Source of the DNA: an uncultured Desulfatibacillum sp.
GTDB lineage: Bacteria; Desulfobacterota; Desulfobacteria; Desulfobacterales; SpSt-501
Direction of reading: 5' to 3'
Assembly: GCA_964562235.1 (NCBI GenBank)
Contig: CAZLSV010000012.1
Span: 9,263 to 67,615, forward strand
DNA: 58,353 bases
The notes beneath the pieces are model-generated. The model saw only the letters and a program-made list of their open reading frames with translations, ran no database searches and had not been told where the DNA came from. The position numbers were made by a program, and so were the translations under genes. Of this stretch, positions 32,042-43,543 are shown piece after piece (position 1 is the first letter of the stretch; every line of letters begins with the position of its first letter).

Positions 32042-34849
32042 TTAAGCGACCCCCAATGCGGTGCGACAGCGGCCGCAGATCCCCGGGTGCTCCGCACTGG
32101 CACCCACCGAAGTCTCGTGCACCCAGCAGCGCTCGCACTTGGGGCCCGGTGCCGCTTCGACGTGGATGCGAAGCCCCTTGACCTCCCCGCTTTCGAAAGT
32201 CCCCTCAAGGCTCGCATCCTTGAGCAGCTCCGCCGCGGAAACAATGAACAGCGACCGCAACTCGGCGGCATAGGGTGCCAGCGCCTCGTAGAGCTCGCCG
32301 CCGGCCGAGAGGGTCACGGCCGCGTCCAGCGCATGGCCGATGAGCTTTTTCACCCGGGCCTCCTCGAGCGCCTTGGTCACCTCGCCGCGCACCTGCAGCA
32401 GCCGCTCCCAGCGTTCAGCCAGCCCGGCGTCCATACAAGCCGCGTCCGGAACCGGCAACAGGGCCATGTGGATGCTCGCCGCCTTGCCCGGGACCGCCGG
32501 CATGTGCCGCCAGATCTCCTCGGCCGTGATGGGCAGGATGGGCGCCATGATGCGTGCGAGCACGTCGAGCAGCACGTGGAGCACCGTCTGGGCGCTGCGC
32601 CGCTCCAGCGACCGGGCCGGCGAGGTGTAGAGCCGGTCCTTGAGGATGTCGAGGTAGAGCGCCGACAGGTCGATGGCGCAGAAATTGTGCAGCGCATGGT
32701 AGATGGTGTGGTACTCGTAAAGATCGTACGCCCGGCGGACCTTCTCCACCAGCAGCTGCAGCTTGTGCAGGGTGAACCGGTCGATCTCCAGCATCCGACC
32801 GACCGCCACGGCGTCGGTGTCCGGATTGAAATCGTAGAGGTTGCCGAGCATGAACCGGCTGGTGTTGCGGATGCGGCGGTAGGCGTCGCTCAGCTGGGAG
32901 AGGATGTTGTCCGAAATGCGAATGTCCTCGCGGTAGTCCGAGGCGGAGACCCACAGCCGCAGGATCTCGGCCCCGTATTTGTCGATCACCTGCTTGGGGG
33001 CGATCACGTTGCCGAGGGACTTGGACATCTTGCGCCCCTCCGCGTCCACGACAAAGCCGTGGGTCAGCACGGAGTCGTAAGGAGCCCGTTCGCGGGTGCC
33101 GACCGCCGTCAGCAGCGAGCTGTGGAACCAGCCGCGGTGCTGGTCGCTGCCCTCCAGGTAGAGGTCGGCCGGCCAGCGCAGGTCCGGACGCAACTCGAGC
33201 ACGGCCGCGTGGCTCACGCCGGAGTCGAACCACACGTCCAGAATGTCGACCTCCTTGACGAACCGGTCGTGCCCGCACGCGCGGCAGCGAGCGCCGGGCG
33301 GCAGAATTTCGGCGGCCTCCCGTTCGAACCACACGTCCGCCCCGTGCTCGGCGAAGAGGCGGAAGATCCGGTCGATGATCTCCTGATCCAGCAGCAGCGC
33401 CTCGCACGTCTCGCAGTAAAACACCGTGATCGGCACTCCCCAGGCGCGCTGGCGGGAGACGCACCAGTCGGGCCGGTTTTCGATCATGCCGTAGATCCGT
33501 TCCCGCCCCCAGGCGGGGACCCATTTCACCCGGTCGATCGCCGCCAGGGACTTCTGGCGCAGGCCGGTTTTGTCCATGGAAATGAACCACTGGGGGGTGG
33601 CCCGGAAAATGACGGCCTGCTTGCACCGCCAGCAGTGGGGGTAGGAGTGTTTGAACGCACCCTCGTTGACCAGAAATCCCTCTTCCTTGAGCTTGGCGCT
33701 GATCTTGCGGTTGGCCTCGAAGACGAACTGGCCGTCGAAGAACTCCACCTCGGACGTGAAACGTCCGCGGTCGTCCACCGGCGAAAAGGCGTCCAGGCCG
33801 TACTGCAGGCCCACCTCGTAGTCTTCCCGGCCGTGCCCCGGGGCCGTGTGCACGCAGCCGGTGCCGGCATCGAGAGTGACGTGGGTGCCCAGGACGATGA
33901 CCGAGTCGCGGCCGTAAAGCGGGTGCCGGCAGCGTTTGCGCTCGAGCCGCTTGGGGTCGAGGCCGGCGAGGACGGAATAATCCCGGACGCCGAAGGTGCG
34001 CATGCAGGCCTCCGCCAGGTCCTTGGCCAGCACGTACACCTCGCCGTTTCCGACCTCCACGGCGACATACTCGAAATCCGGGTGCAGCGCGATGGCCAGG
34101 TTGGCCGGCAGCGTCCAGGGGGTGGTGGTCCAGATAATGACGGAAACCTTCTTGCCGCCCAGTTCCGGGTAGTCGGCCGCCAGATCGTCCTTCAGCGGGA
34201 ACTTCACGTAAACGGAGGCCGTGGATTCGTCCTGATACTCGATTTCGGCCTCGGCCAGCGCCGTCTGGCAGGTGAAGCACCAGTGAATGGGCTTCTTGCT
34301 GCGGGTCAGGTCGCCGGAGAGGCCGAACTTCATGCACTCGCGGGCGATGACCGCCTCGTACTCGTAGTTCATGGTCAGGTAGGGGCGGGTCCAGTCCCCC
34401 ATGACGCCGAGGCGTTTGAACTCCTCGCGCTGGATGTCGATGAACTTCTCGGCATAGGTGCGGCAGAGCTTGCGCACCTGGGATCGGGTGAGGCTCTTTT
34501 TTTTCTCCCCGAGTTCCTTGTCGACGTTGTGCTCGATGGGCAGGCCGTGGCAGTCCCATCCGGGCACGTAGACGGCATCGAAGCCCGCCATCTGCCGGGA
34601 GCGCACGATGATGTCCTTCAGGATCTTGTTCAGGGCGGTCCCGATGTGGATGTGGCCGTTGGCGTAAGGAGGGCCGTCGTGCAGGATGAAGGGCTCGCGG
34701 CCCTTGGAGGCCTTGCGGATCTCCTCGTAGAGCTTCTGCTGCTCCCACTCCTTGAGCTGTTCGGGCTCCCGCCGGGCGAGGTTGGCTTTCATGGGAAACT
34801 CGGTCGACGGCAGGTTGAGCGTCTGCTTGTACTCCATCATCTCCTCCAC
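32042..34849 (-). CDS. ileS: Isoleucyl-tRNA synthetase
   Basis: 935 aa. HIGH motif [17 protein letters not shown] motif KMSKSLGN, C-terminal Zn-finger CERCW...CGRC. Confidence 0.95.
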   Translation of the reverse strand: MEEMMEYKQTLNLPSTEFPMKANLARREPEQLKEWEQQKLYEEIRKASKGREPFILHDGPPYANGHIHIGTALNKILKDIIVRSRQMAGFDAVYVPGWDCHGLPIEHNVDKELGEKKKSLTRSQVRKLCRTYAEKFIDIQREEFKRLGVMGDWTRPYLTMNYEYEAVIARECMKFGLSGDLTRSKKPIHWCFTCQTALAEAEIEYQDESTASVYVKFPLKDDLAADYPELGGKKVSVIIWTTTPWTLPANLAIALHPDFEYVAVEVGNGEVYVLAKDLAEACMRTFGVRDYSVLAGLDPKRLERKRCRHPLYGRDSVIVLGTHVTLDAGTGCVHTAPGHGREDYEVGLQYGLDAFSPVDDRGRFTSEVEFFDGQFVFEANRKISAKLKEEGFLVNEGAFKHSYPHCWRCKQAVIFRATPQWFISMDKTGLRQKSLAAIDRVKWVPAWGRERIYGMIENRPDWCVSRQRAWGVPITVFYCETCEALLLDQEIIDRIFRLFAEHGADVWFEREAAEILPPGARCRACGHDRFVKEVDILDVWFDSGVSHAAVLELRPDLRWPADLYLEGSDQHRGWFHSSLLTAVGTRERAPYDSVLTHGFVVDAEGRKMSKSLGNVIAPKQVIDKYGAEILRLWVSASDYREDIRISDNILSQLSDAYRRIRNTSRFMLGNLYDFNPDTDAVAVGRMLEIDRFTLHKLQLLVEKVRRAYDLYEYHTIYHALHNFCAIDLSALYLDILKDRLYTSPARSLERRSAQTVLHVLLDVLARIMAPILPITAEEIWRHMPAVPGKAASIHMALLPVPDAACMDAGLAERWERLLQVRGEVTKALEEARVKKLIGHALDAAVTLSAGGELYEALAPYAAELRSLFIVSAAELLKDASLEGTFESGEVKGLRIHVEAAPGPKCERCWVHETSVGASAEHPGICGRCRTALGVA

Positions 34850-34934
34850 AGGGGGTCTATTGCCGAACTTGAACTTTTAACTGCAAGCACGCGCAGTGTC
34901 AAGAAGTTCGCCGTGAGAAACAGGGGGCCGGAGG

Positions 34935-35816
34935 CTAAAACGGCGAACTGCCTTCGTTGGCGACGTCCACCAGATAGCGCCCGTAATCGTTCTTGCTGTA
35001 GTCGGCGGCGAGGGCGAGCAGCCGGCCGCGGTCGATGTAGCCGAGGCGGAAGGCGATCTCTTCGATACAGGATATTTTCAGCCCTTGTCGTTCCTGGATG
35101 GCCTGGACGTAGCTGGCGGCCTGCTGGAGCGCCTCGTGGGTGCCCGTGTCCAGCCAGGCGAAGCCGCGCCCCAGCGTTTCGACCCGCAGGTCTCCGCGAC
35201 GCAGGTAGGCGAGGTTCACGTCCGTGATCTCGAGCTCTCCGCGGGCGGACGGCTTGAGATCGGCGGCGATCCGGACGACGTCGTTGTCGTAGAAATAAAT
35301 GCCTGGAACGGCCCACGTCGATTTGGGTTTCTCCGGTTTTTCTTCGATCCCGACAACCCGGAAATCGCGGTCGAACTCCACCACCCCGTAGCGCTCGGGG
35401 TCCCGTACCGGGTAGCCGAAGATCAGCCCGCCGCGGGTCAGCGCGACCGCCCGGCTCAGGATGGCCGGAAAGCCCGGTCCGTAGAAGATGTTATCGCCCA
35501 GGATGAGGCAGACCGAGTCCGCGCCGATGAACTCGCGACCGATCACGAACGCCTGGGCCAGCCCCTCGGGCCGCGGCTGCTCGGCGTAGGCGAAGCGGAC
35601 CCCCAGCCGGGAGCCGTCGGCCAGCAGACGCCGGAACACCGGCAGGTCCAACGGGGTCGAAATGAGCAGAATGTCACGGATGCCCGCCAGCATCAGCACG
35701 GACAGCGGGTAATAGATCATGGGCTTGTCGTAGACCGGAAGCAGTTGCTTGCTGACCCCCAGGGTGAGCGGGTAAAGCCGGGTGCCGGAGCCCCCGGCAA
35801 GAATAATCCCTTTCAT
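34935..35816 (-). CDS. rfbA: Glucose-1-phosphate thymidylyltransferase
   Basis: [54 protein letters not shown]. The ATG at 35816 gives 293 aa; the track ORF starts further upstream. Confidence 0.9.
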   Translation of the reverse strand: MKGIILAGGSGTRLYPLTLGVSKQLLPVYDKPMIYYPLSVLMLAGIRDILLISTPLDLPVFRRLLADGSRLGVRFAYAEQPRPEGLAQAFVIGREFIGADSVCLILGDNIFYGPGFPAILSRAVALTRGGLIFGYPVRDPERYGVVEFDRDFRVVGIEEKPEKPKSTWAVPGIYFYDNDVVRIAADLKPSARGELEITDVNLAYLRRGDLRVETLGRGFAWLDTGTHEALQQAASYVQAIQERQGLKISCIEEIAFRLGYIDRGRLLALAADYSKNDYGRYLVDVANEGSSPF

Positions 35817-35956
35817 GAAGGTCGCCTTTCTCGCTGCCGATGAAGTCGATTTCCAGCAAAACCGCGGGAGCGGCTTTCCAGCCGCGATCATCGGGGCTGA
35901 ACGCCGCTCCCACGCTTCTTTACCGCACAGAAGGGTACCGCCCGCCGCCAGCGGCC

Positions 35957-36460
35957 TTAAAACCCGAACTCGGCAAGGATCTCATGCAGCCCGAGATGCT
36001 GGAATTTCAGCCGGAGGAACTCGGAAATGGTCGGTTGAAAAGCCTTGATCCGCAGAAACATTCCGGCCTCGCTGGGCGTGCGTCCGCCTTTTTTCAGGTT
36101 GCAGCCCTTGCACGCGGCCACGCAGTTTTCAAAAGTGGTCTTCCCCCCGCGCGAGCGGGGGATAATGTGATCGATCGAAAGCCGGTCCCGGGAGTGGCCG
36201 CAGTAGGCGCACCGGAAACCGTCCCGCACCAGAACGTTGCGTTTGGTGAAGGCGACCCCGGCCCGGTAGATCGTCCGAATCAATTTAATCAGGCGCAGGA
36301 CCGCCGGCACCCGCAGGGTGAGGCCGCCGGGGCTGCGCACCGTGGCGTGCGAATCCTTGACGACCTCAGCCTTCCCGTTGGCCATAAGGCAAACGGCTCT
36401 TTTCCAGTTGACGAGGTTCAAAAAGGTGTAGTCGGCGTTCAGAAGGATGCACTGGCCCAT
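35957..36460 (-). CDS. HNH endonuclease-domain protein
   Basis: [42 protein letters not shown]. Confidence 0.8.
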   Translation of the reverse strand: MGQCILLNADYTFLNLVNWKRAVCLMANGKAEVVKDSHATVRSPGGLTLRVPAVLRLIKLIRTIYRAGVAFTKRNVLVRDGFRCAYCGHSRDRLSIDHIIPRSRGGKTTFENCVAACKGCNLKKGGRTPSEAGMFLRIKAFQPTISEFLRLKFQHLGLHEILAEFGF

Positions 36461-36752
36461 GCCCTTATCCCTCGCCTCGTGCCGCGCTCACACCGGCAGG
36501 CCCGCCTCGCGACTGCCGGAGGCTCGGCCGCCATCGGGTAAAGCGGTGGACATTTCCGGCAAAAATACTCTATCCGTCGCACGAAGTCAACGCCCCGCCT
36601 GCGCGCCGGGCTTGTCTTGCGTGGCCGTCGGCCCGAAAAAAGAGCCGGTCAAGGCCTCCGCTGGAGCCGTTTCCCGAATCTCCCAACCCCCTTCGGCAAT
36701 GGAACCGGCCCTTGAAAGTACCGGCCATGTTGGTTAGTATCAAGACGACTCC

Positions 36753-37406
36753 ATGCTGAATCATTTCGACATCCTGGCCCCGATCTACGACCGTCTGATG
36801 GGGGCACCCGATGTGGCGCGCCTGGGGCTGCATCTGCGGCTGCCGCCCCACGGGTGGCTGCTGGATCTCGGCGGCGGGACCGGCCGGGTGTCGAGCCGGC
36901 TGCGCGGGCGATTCGACCGGGCGGTGGTCTGCGACCCCAGTGGGCGGATGCTCGCAAAAGCCCGCCAGAAGAGACTCGATGGGGTTTGCGCCCGCGCGGA
37001 GGTGCTGCCGTTTCCGGATGCGGCGTTTGACCGGGTCCTGGTGGTCGACGCCCTGCATCATTTCGCCGACCCGCCGTCGGCGATGGGCGAGATCGCCCGC
37101 GTGCTGAAACCCGGCGGACGCGTCGTGATCGAAGAATTCGATGCCGACCGCGCCGTGGTCCGGATGGCCGCTCTGGCCGAAAAAATCGCCTGGATGAAAA
37201 GCCGGTTCTTCCGGCCCCAGGGCATTCGGCGCATGATGCGGCTGTGCGGCCTGGAAGCCGACATCGCCGACCGCCACCGTTTCTCGGCCTGGGTGGTCGG
37301 CGACAAGCCCTGGCCGGCGGGCGGGATCAGGGGAATTGAAAACGGCCGGCCTCGATATTGGCGGACGGTCCCACAAGCGCAAAAACGGGCAAGCGATGAT
37401 CCTTGA
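36753..37406 (+). CDS. Class I SAM-dependent methyltransferase
   Basis: LLDLGGGTGRVSSRL (motif I) and VLKPGGRVVIEEF. Confidence 0.75.
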   Translation: MLNHFDILAPIYDRLMGAPDVARLGLHLRLPPHGWLLDLGGGTGRVSSRLRGRFDRAVVCDPSGRMLAKARQKRLDGVCARAEVLPFPDAAFDRVLVVDALHHFADPPSAMGEIARVLKPGGRVVIEEFDADRAVVRMAALAEKIAWMKSRFFRPQGIRRMMRLCGLEADIADRHRFSAWVVGDKPWPAGGIRGIENGRPRYWRTVPQAQKRASDDP

Positions 37407-38328
37407 ACCAGCGGGGAGATCCCCCGCCGAAGCTCGCCATCGAAGGGCGCCGGGCATTCTTCCGTCCCTGCGGCTCGCGGCCTCGATTTTGATGCTGCTC
37501 TCCTGCGGGGCGTGCTCCTACCTGCGGTCGACGCACTCCTATGGCGCCGGCGCCGCCGCCGTTCGGGACCTGGCGCCCATACAGCAAAAGCTTCAGGCGG
37601 CGGACGCCGCCTCGGCCCGCGTGCTCCTCTCGGACGTCGGCCGGGTCAGCTACCCGGACTTTGCGGCGCCCCTCTGGTATGTGGCTTATCGGCCGTTCCA
37701 GCCCGAGCTGAAAAAGGTGCTGGTGCTGGCCGGTGTCCATGGCGACGCGCCCGCCGCCGTGGACTACGTGGTGGACTTCATCGGCACACGGGCCGGCGCC
37801 GGGGATGCCGTCGACTGCGACATGGACATCATTCCCGTCGTCAACCCCTGGGGCTATGTCCACGGCCTGCCCTTTAACGGGAACGGGGTCGAAATCGATC
37901 GGGACTTCGCCAAGTTCGACTCGCATGAGGCCAGGATCCTTCGCCGGTTCCTTCGCGAAAAACATTACGACCTCGTGATCGACCTGCGGGAAGACCCCGA
38001 CGCCGACGGTTTTTATTTGTGGCAATATGGATTGGCGGACGAAACCGTAGCATCGGCTATTGTGAGCAGCGTTCAGGCGGGCGGTCACCCCATCGAAAAC
38101 GACTCGAGCCTGGTAATGCTCAGGCCTCGCAACGGGGTCGTCGCCGCCCCCATGTGGGGACTGAGGTTTTTGCGCCTGTTTCGCCAGTTGACCCTCGCCG
38201 GATATATTCGCCAGCAGGTGAGCGAAGTGGTCTATACGGTGGTGACGCCGTCCCGGCGGCCGCTGGCGGAGCGCGTCGCCATGCAACGGATCGCCGTCGA
38301 GATGCTGTTAAAAGCTTATGAAAAATAA
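37396..38328 (+). CDS. M14-type zinc carboxypeptidase-like lipoprotein
   Basis: Lipobox LMLLSCGAC. VLAGVHGDAPAA and IIPVVNPWGYVHGLPFNGNGVEIDRDF. The start is chosen at 37396; the track ORF starts at 37336. Confidence 0.6.
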   Translation: MILEPAGRSPAEARHRRAPGILPSLRLAASILMLLSCGACSYLRSTHSYGAGAAAVRDLAPIQQKLQAADAASARVLLSDVGRVSYPDFAAPLWYVAYRPFQPELKKVLVLAGVHGDAPAAVDYVVDFIGTRAGAGDAVDCDMDIIPVVNPWGYVHGLPFNGNGVEIDRDFAKFDSHEARILRRFLREKHYDLVIDLREDPDADGFYLWQYGLADETVASAIVSSVQAGGHPIENDSSLVMLRPRNGVVAAPMWGLRFLRLFRQLTLAGYIRQQVSEVVYTVVTPSRRPLAERVAMQRIAVEMLLKAYEK

Positions 38329-38350
38329 CCGTTGACACGGAGCGTTCAAT

Positions 38351-38743
38351 TTGGAAGAAACCCCGCGGGTGACGCCTCTCAAGCAGGTGAGATTGGCGGT
38401 TGAATCGGCCGCGAAGGCCACGGGTCCGGCGGCGGTGAGTTCCGAGGTGGCCCTCATCTACGGCATCGGTGTTCGTGGCCTGCCGCCCTTCGAGTGCCTC
38501 CTGACCGACAAACGGGAAGGCGATGCGATCTCCTTCCAGGTCGCAACAGCCGAAGCGGAGGATTTCTTCGGCCACCTGGCCGCGCGCTTTCTTGTTTTTT
38601 TCGGTCCGGCGGCCGAGGCCTTCTTCAGCGCCCGGATCATCCGCATCGAGACGCCGGAGCCGCGCGAGGTCATAAAGGCCATTGCCGAAATGACGGGACA
38701 CGGACACGGCGGGGGCTGCGATTGCGGCTGCGGCTGCCGATGA
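38351..38743 (+). CDS. Small hypothetical protein with a His/Cys-rich metal-binding-like tail
   Basis: 130 aa ending GHGHGGGCDCGCGCR. The body loosely resembles an FKBP/SlyD-type fold (IYGIGVRGLPPFECLLTDKREGDAISFQV). The start codon (TTG/GTG) is uncertain. Confidence 0.45.
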   Translation: MEETPRVTPLKQVRLAVESAAKATGPAAVSSEVALIYGIGVRGLPPFECLLTDKREGDAISFQVATAEAEDFFGHLAARFLVFFGPAAEAFFSARIIRIETPEPREVIKAIAEMTGHGHGGGCDCGCGCR

Positions 38744-38805
38744 GCCGACCCCGCCGTCTTAAAAACGACGGCGCAAGCCGTGGTTAGTGGTTAAAGGAGG
38801 ACTCC

Positions 38806-39321
38806 ATGCCGGTGCTGTCTCGGTTCCGCACCCCCTTCGTTTTGTTATGCGCCCTGGTCGGGTTTCAGGTCCTTGCCGGGATGGCCGCCAGTTCCCCGTC
38901 GGCCGCCGAGCGGCGCTCATACGGCCAGACGCTCTACGTGCCCGTTTATTCCCACATCCTTTTCGGCAACCGGGCCGCCACCTTCGATCTGGCCGCCACG
39001 CTTTCGATTCGCAACATTGACCCGGTGCACTCCATTGCCGTGATCGCGGCCGACTACCATGACTCCGACGGCCGTTTACTGAAAAAACGCATCGAAAAAC
39101 CCGTCGTCCTGAAGCCGCTCGCAGCAACCGATGTGTTCGTCGCCGAAAGCGACACCAGCGGCGGGTTCGGCGCCAGCTTCATCGTGCGCTGGAAATCCGA
39201 AAACCCGGCCGTGCCGGCGGTGGTCGAATGCGTCATGATCGGCGTCCGCTCCGGCCAGGGCATCTCCATCGTCAGCCCGGGCCGGGTGATCTCAGAAAAT
39301 GAAAAACCGGAAGGTAAATAG
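38806..39321 (+). CDS. DUF3124-like secreted protein
   Basis: Signal peptide, then YGQTLYVPVYSHILFGNRAATFDLAATLSIRNIDP ... FVAESDTSGGFGASFIVRW. RBS AAAGGAGG. Confidence 0.6.
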   Translation: MPVLSRFRTPFVLLCALVGFQVLAGMAASSPSAAERRSYGQTLYVPVYSHILFGNRAATFDLAATLSIRNIDPVHSIAVIAADYHDSDGRLLKKRIEKPVVLKPLAATDVFVAESDTSGGFGASFIVRWKSENPAVPAVVECVMIGVRSGQGISIVSPGRVISENEKPEGK

Positions 39322-39330
39322 GAGGATGCA

Positions 39331-40203
39331 ATGAAGCGCAAGCTGACCCGTTTCGACCTGCAGCAGATGAAAGAAAAAGGAGAAAAAGCCGTCTGGATGA
39401 CCGCCTACGACTTCACCACGGCCCAACTCGCGGAGAAGGCCGGCATGGACATGCTGCTCGTGGGCGACAGCCTCGGCATGGCCGTCTACGGCTACCCCGG
39501 CACCATCCCGGTGACCATCGAGCAGAGCCTCTACCACACCGAGGCCGTCCGCCGCGGCGCGCCCAACACCTTTGTCATCGGCGACATGCCCTTCGGCACC
39601 TACCACGGCAGTGTGGAGGACGCCGTGCGCAACGCCGTGCGCTATTACAAATCCTGCAACGTGGACTGCATCAAGCTCGAAGGCGGCAAACGGGCGGCCC
39701 ACATCATCCGCGCCATTGCCGACAACGGCATGCTCGTCATGGGCCACGTCGGTCTGACCCCCCAGAGCACGGCCGCGCTGGGAGGCTTCAAGGCCCAAGG
39801 CCGTACGGCCGAATCGGCGCTGGCCGTCATCGAGGACGCCCAGGCCGTGTACGAGGCCGGCGCGTTCGCCATGCTGGTGGAGGCCGTGCCCCCGGAGGTG
39901 ACCCGGATGATCGCCAAGGAGCTGCCGATCCCCATCTACGGCATCGGCGCCGGGGCGGACTGCGACGGGCAGGTCATGATCGTCTCGGACATCCTCGGCA
40001 TCTTCCAGGCCTTTACGCCGAAGTTCGTCAAGAAGTACGCCAACCTCGGCGCCGAGATGCTGAAGGTGTTCGAGGCCTACATCAAGGACGTCCGCACGGG
40101 CGTTTTCCCGGCCGCGGAGCACACCTACAACATGATCGAAGGCGAAATGAAAAAACTGGCGGCCCTGCGCAAAAAACAAACCAAGAAATCGAAAAAGAGC
40201 TGA
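39331..40203 (+). CDS. panB: 3-methyl-2-oxobutanoate hydroxymethyltransferase
   Basis: MTAYDFTTAQLAEKAGMDMLLVGDSLGMAVYGY ... FVIGDMPFGTY ... VKLEGG-type motifs (CIKLEGG). Confidence 0.9.
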   Translation: MKRKLTRFDLQQMKEKGEKAVWMTAYDFTTAQLAEKAGMDMLLVGDSLGMAVYGYPGTIPVTIEQSLYHTEAVRRGAPNTFVIGDMPFGTYHGSVEDAVRNAVRYYKSCNVDCIKLEGGKRAAHIIRAIADNGMLVMGHVGLTPQSTAALGGFKAQGRTAESALAVIEDAQAVYEAGAFAMLVEAVPPEVTRMIAKELPIPIYGIGAGADCDGQVMIVSDILGIFQAFTPKFVKKYANLGAEMLKVFEAYIKDVRTGVFPAAEHTYNMIEGEMKKLAALRKKQTKKSKKS

Positions 40204-40214
40204 CAAGGCACCCC

Positions 40215-41519
40215 ATGGGAAATCGCACGTTCACCCTCAAATACGGCAAAGGCAACGTCACGTTTGAAATCCCGGAAAAGCAGGTGCTCCACGAGCTGCT
40301 CGGCCGCAACCGGCCGCCGGCAACGGACCTGCGCGCCGCCTATTTGGCGGCGCTGGATCACCCGGTCGACTCCGCGCCCCTGCGGGAGGTGGTCCGGCCG
40401 GGGGAGACCGTGGCCATCGCCGTGAGCGACATCACCCGCGGCTGGCAGAGAAACGCCGAGACCCTGCCGCTTTTGCTGGACTACCTGAACGAGGCCGGCG
40501 TCGCCGACGACCAGGTGACCATCATCATCGCCGTCGGCGCGCACCGCAAAAACACCCCCGACGAGTTTGTCGAGCTCTGCGGGGAGCAGGTGTGCCACCG
40601 GGTGCGGGTGGTCAACCACGACGCCCTTGACGCGGACAACGCCGTCTTTCTCGGCCGCACCAGCCGAGGGACTCCGGTCGAGGCCAGCCGGATCGCCATG
40701 GCGGCCGACAAACTCGTTCTGACCGGCGGGGTCATCTACCACTACATGGTCGGCTACGGCGGCGGACGCAAGAGCGTCATGCCCGGCATCTGCTCCAACA
40801 CCACCATCCAGGCCTGCCACCTGTGGTCGATGGCGCCCGAGGTCGGCGGGGGCCGCAGCCCGCTGGCCCAATCGAAGATGACCGACGGCAACCCCGCCCA
40901 CGAGGACATGATGGAGTGCGCCTCGCTCGTAAGGCCGGATTTCATCGTCAACGTCGTGCCCAACCTGGACGGGGAACTCTGCGGGATTTTTGCCGGGAAC
41001 TGGGTCTCGGCCTGGCTGAAGGCCACCCGACTGGTGGACGCGATGTACGGCGTCGAGATCCGGGAGAAGGCCGACATCGCCATCGCCTCCGCCGGGGGCT
41101 ACCCCAAGGACATCAACCTCTACCAGACCACCAAGACCATGGACAACGCCGTGCACGCCGCGAAAGACGGCGGCGTTTCGGTGATCCTGTCGGAGTGCCC
41201 GGACATCCGGGAGCCCTTGGAGTACTTCCGCTGGTTCGACTACCCGACCATCGAGGAGCACGACCGCGCCCTGCGGGCCGGCTACACCATCGCCGGCTGG
41301 TGCGCCCTGATCACGCGGGAGTACTGCCGCCGGAGCCCGACGATCATGCTCACCCGCCCGGACAACGCCGAGCTGGCCCGCAAAGCCGGGCTGATCCCGG
41401 TGGCCACCATCGACGAGGCGCTGAAGATGGCCTACGAGCTCTGCGGCAAGAAGGACCCGTCGGTCACGATCCTGCCCAACGGGGCCAACACCTTGCCCTA
41501 CCTGGCGGAAGGGCGCTAA
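40215..41519 (+). CDS. larA: LarA-family (nickel-dependent lactate racemase-like, DUF2088) protein
   Basis: VAIAVSDITRGWQ, IIIAVGAHRKNTPDEF, GGVIYHYMVGYGGGRKSVMPGI. Confidence 0.8.
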   Translation: MGNRTFTLKYGKGNVTFEIPEKQVLHELLGRNRPPATDLRAAYLAALDHPVDSAPLREVVRPGETVAIAVSDITRGWQRNAETLPLLLDYLNEAGVADDQVTIIIAVGAHRKNTPDEFVELCGEQVCHRVRVVNHDALDADNAVFLGRTSRGTPVEASRIAMAADKLVLTGGVIYHYMVGYGGGRKSVMPGICSNTTIQACHLWSMAPEVGGGRSPLAQSKMTDGNPAHEDMMECASLVRPDFIVNVVPNLDGELCGIFAGNWVSAWLKATRLVDAMYGVEIREKADIAIASAGGYPKDINLYQTTKTMDNAVHAAKDGGVSVILSECPDIREPLEYFRWFDYPTIEEHDRALRAGYTIAGWCALITREYCRRSPTIMLTRPDNAELARKAGLIPVATIDEALKMAYELCGKKDPSVTILPNGANTLPYLAEGR

Positions 41520-41600
41520 ACACTCGCTTCCCCGCGCCCGGGTGGAGGAACTGCTTTAACCAGGGAATATAATATGTCCGGGTCTTGGCCCCGGTCTCCT

Positions 41601-41993
41601 TCAACGTAAAGACCTGAAGAACGCCCTTATTTCAGTTGCCAGCGCCTCCGGTTGCTCCAGCGCGGCAAAATGGCCGCCTTTGGGCATCACCGTCCAGCGC
41701 CGGATATCGGTGTACATGCGCTCGGCCAGGGAGCGCGGGGGGCGAAGGATCTCTTTGGGAAACTCGACATAGCCGGCCGGCACATCAACCGTCGAGGCCT
41801 CTGGGATCGGCCACGGTCCGTGCATGCGGGCGTAGTAGGGCCAGAAGGATGAGCCGGTGGCGCCGCTCACCCAATACAGCATGATGCCGGTAAGCATCTC
41901 GTCCAGGCTGAGCGCATTCTCGGGGTTCCCATCACAATCCGCCCAGGTTCGGGTACGGAAAGCTTGAAAGGGCGCAGCATAAAACTGCCTCAC
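41601..41993 (-). pseudogene. C-terminal remnant of an epoxide hydrolase / alpha-beta hydrolase
   Basis: The 130-aa ORF covers only the C-terminal third (LTGIMLYWVSG ... VPAGYVEFPKEILRPPRSLAERMYTDIRRWTVMPKGGHFAALEQPEALATEIRAFFRSL). The nucleophile-containing N-terminal part is absent, and the adjacent upstream DNA belongs to the next gene. Confidence 0.6.
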
Positions 41994-42046
41994 TGTTGAA
42001 TGGCGTTAAAGCCGTTGGGAGGTCATGTCGGTTAAACCGAAAAAAG

Positions 42047-43543
42047 TTAATCAACCAACTCACGACCGAGTCTTACTACCTCTCTTGCAAGTATCTCGAA
42101 ATCATCTTTCGTGCTGCGATGATTGGCAATCGCCATACGCAAACAGTACTGGCCGTGTAATGTGGTATAGGAGGGCGCAGCAATCCCACGCTCCTGCAGT
42201 TGTATCAAAATCTCCTTGTTCAGAGCGTTCAGGGCCGCGTCATCCATCCCGCCTGGATTGAATCGAAAACAAACAATGTCCAACCTAATCGGTGCCAAAA
42301 GTTCCATGGCCGGTTCATTTGCGATCAGCTGCCCAAAGTATTTTGCCTGTTCGACGTTGCGCGCCATCATCCGCCCGAATCGCTCGAGACCATGCTCTTT
42401 GATCGACATCCACACCTTGAGCGCACGAAACTGCCGCGACAACTGCAAGCCCAGGTCGCTGAACCAGAGATTCCCCGCGGCTAATCCTCGTGATTCATGC
42501 GCCAGGTATTCCGGTGTCAGTGAAAACGTTTGCCGATGGGCCTCAGCATGCCGCACCAGCACGCAGCCGGCCTCAAACGGGATGTGCATCCATTTGTGGA
42601 GGTCCAGCGCGATTGAATCGGCTCTCTCGATTCCTAAAAGTTGGGGCTTTACATTATCAGCGAGCACGCCCACCGCCCCAATGGCACCATCCACGTGAAA
42701 CCAAATCTTTTCACGCTTGCACAAGTCGGCTAACGCATTCAGATCATCAACCGCTCCGGTATTAACGGTACCCGCACTGCCGATAATGCAAATGGGCCGG
42801 CAACCCGCCGCCCGGTCCGCCGACAGAGCTGCCTCCAGTGCATTCAGGTCGATCGTGAAATCGTCCTTCACGGGCACCTTTCTGAGACTGCTGCTGCCGA
42901 GCCCAAGCAGTTCAACCGCCTTCTGGTTGCAGCTGTGTATTTCCGTAGAGGCATACACCGTGAAGGGTTGTGGGGCCGCTTTCAAACCATGCTCTCGAAC
43001 ATTGAACCCGGTTTGAGTGTTTCGGGCAACAGTGATGCCGACAAGGTTGGCCATAGAAGCGCCACTGACCAGCAATCCGCTTGAATCCGGCGGGAAGCCC
43101 AGCATCGCCTTCATCCAGTTGACGACCTGCCTCTCAACCAAATTGGCCACGTGATTGCCCCCGCCCAGGTTGGGATTCATGATCGCGGCCATGAAATCCG
43201 CCAGGGCGCCAAAAACCGTTCCGTTGCCCATATACCAGGCCCAAAATCGGGGATGAATGTTTCCCATTGGGTAGGGGAATATATTCTCCAGAAATTCCTG
43301 ATACACCGCATCGGCGCCGGCAGGTTTTTCAGGAGCCGGAGCATCGAACCGGGCGGCGACCTCATCCGGCACCGGCTTCCACACGGGGCGTTCGCGAACC
43401 GTTTCAAGATACGTGATGGCGTCATCAACCATGCGGTGTGCCAGCGCACGCATCTCATTCCAGTCATCCGGATCAAGTGTTTCATACGGGATTTTATTTG
43501 TCACGTAGTTCCCTCCTCGCGAAGGAAATCCAAAAAATTTCAT
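42047..43543 (-). CDS. Group II pyridoxal-phosphate-dependent (aromatic-amino-acid-type) decarboxylase
   Basis: SGASMANLVGITVARN, and the PLP-lysine motif SIALDLHKWMHIPFEAG. Confidence 0.85.
   Translation of the reverse strand: MKFFGFPSRGGNYVTNKIPYETLDPDDWNEMRALAHRMVDDAITYLETVRERPVWKPVPDEVAARFDAPAPEKPAGADAVYQEFLENIFPYPMGNIHPRFWAWYMGNGTVFGALADFMAAIMNPNLGGGNHVANLVERQVVNWMKAMLGFPPDSSGLLVSGASMANLVGITVARNTQTGFNVREHGLKAAPQPFTVYASTEIHSCNQKAVELLGLGSSSLRKVPVKDDFTIDLNALEAALSADRAAGCRPICIIGSAGTVNTGAVDDLNALADLCKREKIWFHVDGAIGAVGVLADNVKPQLLGIERADSIALDLHKWMHIPFEAGCVLVRHAEAHRQTFSLTPEYLAHESRGLAAGNLWFSDLGLQLSRQFRALKVWMSIKEHGLERFGRMMARNVEQAKYFGQLIANEPAMELLAPIRLDIVCFRFNPGGMDDAALNALNKEILIQLQERGIAAPSYTTLHGQYCLRMAIANHRSTKDDFEILAREVVRLGRELVD

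Noticed and set aside
31985-35227. 1080-aa plus-strand ORF covering the ileS/rfbA region
   Set aside because: It is antisense to ileS, whose HIGH/KMSKS motifs are unambiguous. Its translation is a low-complexity Arg/Gly/Ala/Val/His-rich sequence typical of stop-free shadow frames in GC-rich DNA.
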